Assembly: GCA_964016885.1 (NCBI GenBank) | Contig: OZ024740.1 | Span: 6,696,001-6,760,000 of the forward strand | Length of the DNA stretch: 64,000 bases | Direction: 5' to 3' | DNA from: Eledone cirrhosa | Lineage: Eukaryota | Part shown: piece after piece, positions 53,501 to 64,000 of the stretch | How positions within the stretch are numbered: the first letter of the stretch is position 1 | How the letters are laid out: every line of letters starts with the position of its first letter | Program-made: the position numbers and the translations under genes | Notes under the pieces: generated by a model | The model's database searches: none | Told to the model about the DNA's origin: nothing | The model's input: only the letters and a program-made list of their open reading frames with translations

Positions 53501-56500
53501 TCCAGTCTTCCAACCAACCAACAAGCTGCTAATATGTCCATTCTCCAACCAGCCAACAAGCTGCTAATATGTCCAGTCTTCCAACCAGCCAACAAACTGC
53601 TAATATGTCCAGTCTTCCAACCAGCCAACAAGCTGATAATATGTCCAGTCTTCCAACCAGCCAACAAGCTGCTAATATGTCCAGTCTTCCAACCAGCCAA
53701 CAAGCTGCTAATATGTCCAGTCTTCGAACCAGCCAACAAGCTGCTAATATGTCCAGTCTTCCAACCAGCCAACAAGCTGCTAATATGTCCAGTCTTCCAA
53801 CCAGCCAACAAGCTGCTAATATGTCCAGTCTTCCAACCAGCCAACAAGCTGCTAATATGTCCAGTCTTCCAACCAGCCAACAAGCTGCTAATATGTCCAG
53901 TCTTCGAACCAGCCAACAAGCTGATAATATGTCCAGTCTTCCAACCAGCCAACAAGCTGCTAATATGTCCAGTCTTCCAACCAGCCAACAAGCTGCTAAT
54001 ATGTCCAGTCTTCGAACCAGCCAACAAGCTGCTAATATGTCCAGTCTTCCAACCAGCCAACAAGCTGCTAATATGTCCAGTCTTCCAACCAACCAACAAG
54101 CTGCTAATATGTCCAGTCTTCCAACCAGCCAACAAGCTGCTAATATGTCCAGTCTTCCAACCAGCCAACAAACTGCTAATATGTCCAGTCTTCCAACCAG
54201 CCAACAAGCTGATAATATGTCCAGTCTTCCAACCAGCCAACAAGCTGCTAATATGTCCAGTCTTCCAACCAGCCAACAAGCTGCTAATATGTCCAGTCTT
54301 CGAACCAGCCAACAAGCTGCTAATATGTCCAGTCTTCCAACCAGCCAACAAACTGCTAATATGTCCAGTCTTCCAACCAGCCAACAAGCTGCTAATATGT
54401 CCAGTCTTCCAACCAGCCAACAAACTGCTAATATGTCCAGTCTTCCGACCAGCCAACAAGCTACTAATATGTCCAGTCTTCCAACCAGCCCACAAGCTTC
54501 TAATATGTCCAGTCTTCCAACCAGCCAACAAACTGCTAATATGTCCAGTCTTCCAACCAGCCAACAAGCTACTAATATGTCCAGTCTTCCAACCAGCCCA
54601 CAAGCTTCTAATATGTCCAGTCTTCCAACCAGCCAACAAACTGCTAATATGTCCAGTCTTCCAACCAGCCAACAAGCTACTAATATGTCCAGTCTTCGAA
54701 CCAGCCAACAAGCTGCTAATATGTACAGTCTTCCAACCAGCCAACAAGCTGCTAATATGTCCAGTCTTCCAACCAGCCAACAAGCTGCAAATATGTCCAG
54801 TCTTCCAACCAGCCAATAAGCTGCTAATATGTCCAGTCTTCCAACCAGCAAACGAGCTGCTAATATGTCGAGTCTTCCAACCAGCCAACAAACTGCTAAT
54901 ATGTCCAGTCTTCCAACCAGCCAACAAGCTGCTAATATGTCCAGTCTTCCAACTAGCCAACAAACTGCTAATATGTCCAGTCTTCCAACCAGCCAACAAA
55001 CTGCTAATATGTCCAGTCTTCCAACCAGCCAACAAGCTGCTAATATGTCCAGTCTTCGAACCAGCCAACAAGCTGCTAATATGTCCAGTCTTCCAACCAG
55101 CCAACAAGCTGCTAATATGTCCAGTCTTCCAACCAGCCAACAAGCTGCTAATATGTCCAGTCTTCCAACCAGCCAACAAACTGCTAATATGTCCAGTCTT
55201 CCAACCAGCCAACAAGCTGCTAATATGTCCAGTCTTCCAACCAGCCAACAAACTGCTAATATGTCCAGTCTTCCGACCAGCCAACAAGCTACTAATATGT
55301 CCAGTCTTCCAACCAGCCCACAAGCTTCTAATATGTCCAGTCTTCCAACCAGCCAACAAACTGCTAATATGTCCAGTCTTCCAACCAGCCAACAAACTGC
55401 TAATATGTCCAGTCTTCCAACCAGCCAACAAGCTGCTAATATGTCCAGTCTTCCAACCAGCCAACAAGCTGCTAATATGTCCAGTCTTCGAACCAGCCAA
55501 CAAGCTGCTAATATGTCCAGTCTTCCAACCAGCCAACAAGCTGCTAATATGTCCAGTCTTCCAACCAGCCAACAAGCTGCTAATATGTCCACTCTTCCAA
55601 CCAGCCAACAAGCTGCTAATATGTCCAGTCTTCCAATTAGCCAACAAACTGCTAATATGTCCAGTCTTCCAACCAGCCAACAAGCTGCTAATATGTCCAG
55701 TCTTCCAACCGTCCAACAAGCTGCTAATATGTCCAGTCCTCCAACCAGCCAACAAGCTGCTAATATTTCCAGTCTTCCAACCAGCCAACAATCTGCTAAT
55801 ATATCCAATCTTCCAACCAGCCAACAAACTGCTAATATGTCCAGTCTTCCAACCAGCCAACAAACTGCTAATATGTCCAGTCTTCCAACTAGCCAACAAA
55901 CTGCTAATATGTCCAGTCTTCCAACCAGCCAACAAGCTGCTTATATGTCCAGTCTGCCAACCAGCCAACATCTGCTAATATGTCCAGTCTTCCAGCCAGC
56001 CAACAAGCTGCTAATATGTCCAGTCTTCGAACCAGCCAACAAGCTGCTAATATGTCCATTCTTCCAACCAGCCAACAAGCTACTAATATGGCCATTCTTC
56101 CAACCAGCCAACAAACTGCAAATATGTCAAGTCTTCCAACCAGCCAACAAGCTGCTAATATGTCCAATCTTCCAACTAGCCAACAAACTGCTAATATGTC
56201 CAGTCTTCCAACCAGCCAACAAACTGCTAATATGTCCAGTCTTCCAACCAGCCAACAAGCTGCTAATATGTCCAGTCTTCCAACTAGCCAACAAACTGCT
56301 AATATGTCCATTCTTCCAACCAGCCAACAAGCTGCTTATATGTCCAGTCTGCCAACCAGCCAACAAGCTGCTAATATGTCCAGTCCTCCAACCAGCCAAC
56401 AATCTGCTAATATGTCCAGTCTTCCAACCAGCCAACAAACTACTAATATGTCCAGTCTTCCAACCAGCCAACAAGCTGCTAATATGTCCAGTCTTCCAAC

Positions 56501-59500
56501 CAGCCAACAAGCTGCTAATATGTCCAGTCTTCCAACCAGCCAACAAGCTGCTAATATGTCCAGTCTTCCAACCAGCCAACAAGCTGCTAATATGTCCAGT
56601 CTTCGAACCAGCCAACAAGCTGATAATATGTCCAGTCTTCCAACCAGCCAACAAGCTGCTAATATGTCCAGTCTTCCAACCAGCCAACAAGCTGCTAATA
56701 TGTCCAGTCTTCGAACCAGCCAACAAGCTGCTAATATGTCCAGTCTTCCAACCAGCCAACAAGCTGCTAATATGTCCAGTCTTCCAACCAACCAACAAGC
56801 TGCTAATATGTCCAGTCTTCCAACCAGCCAACAAGCTGCTAATATGTCCAGTCTTCCAACCAGCCAACAAACTGCTAATATGTCCAGTCTTCCAACCAGC
56901 CAACAAGCTGATAATATGTCCAGTCTTCCAACCAGCCAACAAGCTGCTAATATGTCCAGTCTTCCAACCAGCCAACAAGCTGCTAATATGTCCAGTCTTC
57001 GAACCAGCCAACAAGCTGCTAATATGTCCAGTCTTCCAACCAGCCAACAAACTGCTAATATGTCCAGTCTTCCAACCAGCCAACAAGCTGCTAATATGTC
57101 CAGTCTTCCAACCAGCCAACAAACTGCTAATATGTCCAGTCTTCCGACCAGCCAACAAGCTACTAATATGTCCAGTCTTCCAACCAGCCCACAAGCTTCT
57201 AATATGTCCAGTCTTCCAACCAGCCAACAAACTGCTAATATGTCCAGTCTTCCAACCAGCCAACAAGCTACTAATATGTCCAGTCTTCCAACCAGCCCAC
57301 AAGCTTCTAATATGTCCAGTCTTCCAACCAGCCAACAAACTGCTAATATGTCCAGTCTTCCAACCAGCCAACAAGCTACTAATATGTCCAGTCTTCGAAC
57401 CAGCCAACAAGCTGCTAATATGTACAGTCTTCCAACCAGCCAACAAGCTGCTAATATGTCCAGTCTTCCAACCAGCCAACAAGCTGCAAATATGTCCAGT
57501 CTTCCAACCAGCCAATAAGCTGCTAATATGTCCAGTCTTCCAACCAGCAAACGAGCTGCTAATATGTCGAGTCTTCCAACCAGCCAACAAACTGCTAATA
57601 TGTCCAGTCTTCCAACCAGCCAACAAGCTGCTAATATGTCCAGTCTTCCAACTAGCCAACAAACTGCTAATATGTCCAGTCTTCCAACCAGCCAACAAAC
57701 TGCTAATATGTCCAGTCTTCCAACCAGCCAACAAGCTGCTAATATGTCCAGTCTTCGAACCAGCCAACAAGCTGCTAATATGTCCAGTCTTCCAACCAGC
57801 CAACAAGCTGCTAATATGTCCAGTCTTCCAACCAGCCAACAAGCTGCTAATATGTCCAGTCTTCCAACCAGCCAACAAACTGCTAATATGTCCAGTCTTC
57901 CAACCAGCCAACAAGCTGCTAATATGTCCAGTCTTCCAACCAGCCAACAAACTGCTAATATGTCCAGTCTTCCGACCAGCCAACAAGCTACTAATATGTC
58001 CAGTCTTCCAACCAGCCCACAAGCTTCTAATATGTCCAGTCTTCCAACCAGCCAACAAACTGCTAATATGTCCAGTCTTCCAACCAGCCAACAAACTGCT
58101 AATATGTCCAGTCTTCCAACCAGCCAACAAGCTGCTAATATGTCCAGTCTTCCAACCAGCCAACAAGCTGCTAATATGTCCAGTCTTCGAACCAGCCAAC
58201 AAGCTGCTAATATGTCCAGTCTTCCAACCAGCCAACAAGCTGCTAATATGTCCAGTCTTCCAACCAGCCAACAAGCTGCTAATATGTCCACTCTTCCAAC
58301 CAGCCAACAAGCTGCTAATATGTCCAGTCTTCCAATTAGCCAACAAACTGCTAATATGTCCAGTCTTCCAACCAGCCAACAAGCTGCTAATATGTCCAGT
58401 CTTCCAACCGTCCAACAAGCTGCTAATATGTCCAGTCCTCCAACCAGCCAACAAGCTGCTAATATTTCCAGTCTTCCAACCAGCCAACAATCTGCTAATA
58501 TATCCAATCTTCCAACCAGCCAACAAACTGCTAATATGTCCAGTCTTCCAACCAGCCAACAAACTGCTAATATGTCCAGTCTTCCAACTAGCCAACAAAC
58601 TGCTAATATGTCCAGTCTTCCAACCAGCCAACAAGCTGCTTATATGTCCAGTCTGCCAACCAGCCAACATCTGCTAATATGTCCAGTCTTCCAGCCAGCC
58701 AACAAGCTGCTAATATGTCCAGTCTTCGAACCAGCCAACAAGCTGCTAATATGTCCATTCTTCCAACCAGCCAACAAGCTACTAATATGGCCATTCTTCC
58801 AACCAGCCAACAAACTGCAAATATGTCAAGTCTTCCAACCAGCCAACAAGCTGCTAATATGTCCAATCTTCCAACTAGCCAACAAACTGCTAATATGTCC
58901 AGTCTTCCAACCAGCCAACAAACTGCTAATATGTCCAGTCTTCCAACCAGCCAACAAGCTGCTAATATGTCCAGTCTTCCAACTAGCCAACAAACTGCTA
59001 ATATGTCCATTCTTCCAACCAGCCAACAAGCTGCTTATATGTCCAGTCTGCCAACCAGCCAACAAGCTGCTAATATGTCCAGTCCTCCAACCAGCCAACA
59101 ATCTGCTAATATGTCCAGTCTTCCAACCAGCCAACAAACTACTAATATGTCCAGTCTTCCAACCAGCCAACAAGCAGCTAATATGTCCAGTCTTCCAACC
59201 AGCCAACAAGCTGCTAATATGTCCAGTCTTCCAACCAGCCAACTAACTGCTAATATGTCCAGTCTTCCAACCAGCCAACTAACTGCTAATATGTCCAGTC
59301 TTCCAACCAGCCAACAAACTGCTAATATATCCAGTCTTCCAACCAGTCAACAAGCTGCTAATATGTCCAGTCTTCCAAACAGCCAACAAGCTGCTAATAT
59401 GTCCAGTCTTCCAACCAGCCAACAAGCTGCTAATATATCCAATCTTCCAACCAGCCAATAAACTGCTAATATGTCCAGTCTCCCAATCAGCCAACAAACT

Positions 59501-62500
59501 GCTAATATGTCCAGTCTTCCAACCAGCCAACAAGCTGATAATATGTCCAGTCTTCCGACCAGCCAACAAGCTGCTAATATGTCCAGTCTTCCAACCAGCC
59601 AACAAGCTGCTAATATATCCAATCTTCCAACCAGCCAATAAACTGCTAATATGTCCAGTCTTCCAACCAGCCAACAAGCTGCTAATATGTCCAGTCTTCC
59701 AACCAGCCAACAAGCTGCTAATATGTCCAGTCTTCCAACCAGCCAACAAGCTGCTAATATGTCCAGTCTTCCAACCAGCCAACAAGCTGCTAATATGTCC
59801 AGTCTTCCAACCAGCCAACAAGCTGCTAATATGTCCAGTCTTCCAACCAGCCAACAAACTGCTAATATGTCCAGTCTTCCAACCAGCCAACAAGCTGATA
59901 ATATGTCCAGTCTTCCGACCAGCCAACAAGCTGCTAATATGTCCAGTCTTCCAACCAGCCAACAAGCTGCTAATATATCCAATCTTCCAACCAGCCAATA
60001 AACTGCTAATATGTCCAGTCTTCCAACTAGCCAACAAACTGCTAATATGTCCAGTCTTCCAACCAGTCAACAAGCTGCTAATATGTCCAGTCTTCCAACC
60101 AGCCAACAAGCTGCTAATATGTCCAGTCTTCCAACCAGCCAACAAGCTGCTAATATATCCAATCTTCAAACCAGCCAATAAACTGCTAATATGTCCAGTC
60201 TCCCAATCAGCCAACAAACTGCTAATATGTCCAGTCTTCCAACCAGTCAACAAGCTGCTAATATGTCCACTCTTCCAACCAGCCAACAAGCTGCTAATAT
60301 GTCCAGTCTTCCAACCAGCCAACAAGCTGCTAATATTTCCAGTCTTCCAACCAGCCAACAAGCTGCTAATATGTCCAGTCTTCCAACCAGCCAACAAGCT
60401 GCTAATATGTCCAGTCTTCCAACCAGCCAACAAGCTGCTAATATGTCCAGTCTTCCAACCAGCCAACAAGCTGCTAATATGTCCAGTCTTCCAACCAGCC
60501 AACAAGCTGCTAATATGTCCAGTCTTCCAACCAGCCAACAAACTGCTAATATGTCCAGTCTTCCAACCAGCCAACATGCTGATAATATGTCCAGTCTTCC
60601 GACCAGCCAACAAGCTGCTAATATGTCCAGTCTTCCAACCAGCCAACAAGCTGCTAATATGTCCAGTCTTCCAACCAGCCAACAAACTGCTAATATGTCC
60701 AGTCTTCCAACCAGCCAACAAGCTGCTAATATGTCCAGTCTTCCAACTAGCCAACAAACTGCTAATATGTCCAGTCTTCCAACCACCTAACAAGCTGCTA
60801 ATATGTCCAGTCTTCCAACCAGCCAACAAGCTGCTAATATGTCCAGTCTTCCAACCAGCCAACAAGCTGCTAATATGTCCACTCTTCCAACCAGCCAACA
60901 AGCTGCTAATATGTCCAGTCTTCCAATTAGCCAACAAACTGCTAATATGTCCAGTCTTCCAACCAGCCAACAAGCTGCTAATATGTCCAGTCTTCCAACC
61001 GTCCAACAAGCTGCTAATATGTCCAGTCCTCCAACCAGCCAACAAGCTGCTAATATTTCCAGTCTTCCAACCAGCCAACAATCTGCTAATATGTCCAATC
61101 TTCCAACCAGCCAACAAACTGCTAATATGTCCAGTCTTCCAACCAGCCAACAAACTGCTAATATGTCCAGTCTTCGAACTAGCCATCAAACTGCTAATAT
61201 GTCCAGTCTTCCAACCAGCCAACAAGCTGCTTATATGTCCAGTCTGCCAACCAGCCAACAAGCTGCTAATATGTCCAGTCTTCCAGCCAGCCAACAAGCT
61301 GCTAATATGTCCAGTCTTCGAACCAGCCAACAAGCTGCTAATATGTCCATTCTTCCAACCAGCCAACAAGCTGCTAATATGGCCATTCTTCCAACCAGCC
61401 AACAAACTGCAAATATGTCAAGTCTTCCAACCAGCCAACTAACTGCTAATATGTCCAGTCTTCCAACCAGCCAACTAACTGCTAATATGTCCAGTCTTCC
61501 AACCAGCCAACAAACTGCTAATATATCCAGTCTTCCAACCAGTCAACAGGCTGCTAATATGTCCAGTCTTCCAAACAGCCAACAAGCTGCTAATATGTCC
61601 AGTCTTCCAACCAGCCAACAAGCTGCTAATATATCCAATCTTCCAACCAGCCAATAAACTGCTAATATGTCCAGTCTCCCAATCAGCCAACAAACTGCTA
61701 ATATGTCCAGTCTTCCAACCAGTCAACAAGCTGCTAATATGTCCAGTCTTCCAACCAGCCAACAAGCTGCTAATATGTCCAGTCTTCCAACCAGCCAACA
61801 AGCTGCTAATATATCCAATCTTCAAACCAGCCAATAAACTGCTAATATGTCCAGTCTCCCAATCAGCCAACAAACTGCTAATATGTCCAGTCTTCCAACC
61901 AGTCAACAAGCTGCTAATATGTCCACTCTTCCAATCAGCCAACAAACTGTTAATATGTCCAGTCTCCCAACCAGCCAACAAACTGCTAATATGTCCAGTC
62001 TTCCAACCAGCCAACAAACTGCTAATATGTCCAGTCTTCCAACCAGCCAACAAGCTGCTAATATGTCCAGTCTTCCAACCAGCCAGCAAGCTGCTAATAT
62101 GTCCAGTCTTCCAACCAGCCAACAAGCTGCTAATATGTCCAGTCTTCCAACCAGCCAACAAGCTGCTAATATTTCCAGTCTTCCAACCAGCCAACAAGCT
62201 GCTAATATGTCCAGTCTTCCAACCAGCCAGCAAGCTGCTAATATGTCCAGTCTTCCAACCAGCCAACAAGCTGCTAATATGTCCAGTCTTCCAACCAGCC
62301 AACAAGCTGCGAATATTTCCAGTCTTCCAACCAACCAACAAGCTGCTAATATGTCCAGTCTTCCAACCAGCCAACAAGCTGCTAATATGTCCAGTCTTCC
62401 AACCAGCCAACAAACTGCTAATATGTCCAGTCTTCCAACCAGCCAACAAGCTGATAATATGTCCAGTCTTCCAACCAGCCAACAAGCTGCTAATATGTCC

Positions 62501-64000
62501 AGTCTTCCAACCAGCCAACAAGCTGCTAATATGTCCAGTCTTCCAACCAGCCAACAAGCTGCTAATATGTCCAGTCTTCCAACCAGCCAACAAGCTGCTA
62601 ATATGTCCAGTCTTCCAACCAGCCAACAAGCTGCTAATATGTCCAGTCTTCCAACCAGCCAACAAGCTTCTAATATGTCCAGTCTTCCAACCAGCCAACA
62701 AACTGCTAATATGTCCAGTCTTCCAACCAGCCAACAATCTGCTAATATGTCCAATCTTCTAACCAGCCAACAAACTGCTAATATGTCCAGTCTTCCAACC
62801 AGCCAACAAGCTGCTTATATGTCCAGTCTGCCAACCAGCCAACAAGCTGCTAATATGTCCAGTCTTCCAGCCAGCCAACAAGCTGCTAATATGTCCAGTC
62901 TTCGAACCAGCCAACAAGCTGCTAATATGTCCATTCTTCCAACCAGCCAACAAGCTGCTAATATGGCCATTCTTCCAACCAGCCAACAAACTGCAAATAT
63001 GTCAAGTCTTCCAACCAGCCAACTAACTGCTAATATGTCCAGTCTTCCAACCAGCCAACTAACTGCTAATATGTCCAGTCTTCCAACCAGCCAACAAACT
63101 GCTAATATATCCAGTCTTCCAACCAGTCAACAGGCTGCTAATATGTCCAGTCTTCCAAACAGCCAACAAGCTGCTAATATGTCCAGTCTTCCAACCAGCC
63201 AACAAGCTGCTAATATATCCAATCTTCCAACCAGCCAATAAACTGCTAATATGTCCAGTCTCCCAATCAGCCAACAAACTGCTAATATGTCCAGTCTTCC
63301 AACCAGCCAACAAGCTGCTAATATGTCCAGTCTTCCAACCAGCCAACAAGCTGCTAATATGTCCAGTCTTCCAACCAGCCAACAAGCTGCTAATATATCC
63401 AATCTTCAAACCAGCCAATAAACTGCTAATATGTCCAGTCTCCCAATCAACCAACAAACTGCTAATATGTCCAGTCTTCCAACCAGTCAACAAGCTGCTA
63501 ATATGTCCACTCTTCCAATCAGCCAACAAACTGTTAATATGTCCAGTCTCCCAACCAGCCAACAAACTGCTAATATGTCCAGTCTTCCAACCAGCCAACA
63601 AACTGCTAATATGTCCAGTCTTCCAACCAGCCAACAAGCTGCTAATATGTCCAGTCTTCCAACCAGCCAGCAAGCTGCTAATATGTCCAGTCTTCCAACC
63701 AGCCAACAAGCTGCTAATATGTCCAGTCTTCCAACCAGCCAACAAGCTGCTAATATTTCCAGTCTTCCAACCAGCCAACAAGCTGCGAATATTTCCAGTC
63801 TTCCAACCAACCAACAAGCTGCTAATATGTCCAGTCTTCCAACCAGCCAACAAGCTGCTAATATGTCCAGTCTTCCAACCAGCCAACAAACTGCTAATAT
63901 GTCCAGTCTTCCAACCAGCCAACAAGCTGATAATATGTCCAGTCTTCCAACCAGCCAACAAGCTGCTAATATGTCCAGTCTTCCAACCAGCCAACAAGCT
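44520..64000. repeat. 36-bp satellite GCTAATATGTCCAGTCTTCCAACCAGCCAACAA(G/A)CT, about 540 units, extending beyond the window
   Basis: Continuous 36-bp periodicity with recurrent variant patterns. Confidence 0.98.

Noticed and set aside
44336-63997. Very long ORFs (MSSLPTSQQAAN, ICPVFQPANKLL, GHISSLLAGWKT and LDILAACWLVGR repeats)
   Set aside because: A 36-bp unit is open in several frames at once; scattered stops and 1-bp indels (near 44680, 44860, 53540, 55970, 58670) hit the frames indiscriminately, and there are no unique flanking domains

Overview
A repeat-dominated, AT-rich eukaryotic window with no convincing host protein-coding gene. The SINE families and dense (TA)n, (CATA)n and (GGT)n microsatellites suggest a mollusc, probably an octopus; this is an inference. 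It contains decayed retroelements: a Tx1/L1-clade LINE, a Penelope-like RT/GIY-YIG element, two R4/Dong-like RLE families (one as a near-identical inverted pair) and several RTE 3' fragments. It also holds tRNA-derived SINEs, MITEs (one piggyBac-type, one long-TIR foldback), several minisatellites and a 36-bp satellite of at least 19 kb with higher-order duplications. The main unexpected signals are two intact minimal type I hammerhead ribozymes (one inside a small fold-back element) plus decayed ones, an RTE insertion with a twin-priming 5' inversion and TSD, a cluster of bipartite RTE-derived non-autonomous elements in (CATA)n, and minisatellites derived from SINE segments. Long ORFs inside the repeats are treated as artefacts. 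All analysis was by eye, so boundaries and identities are approximate.
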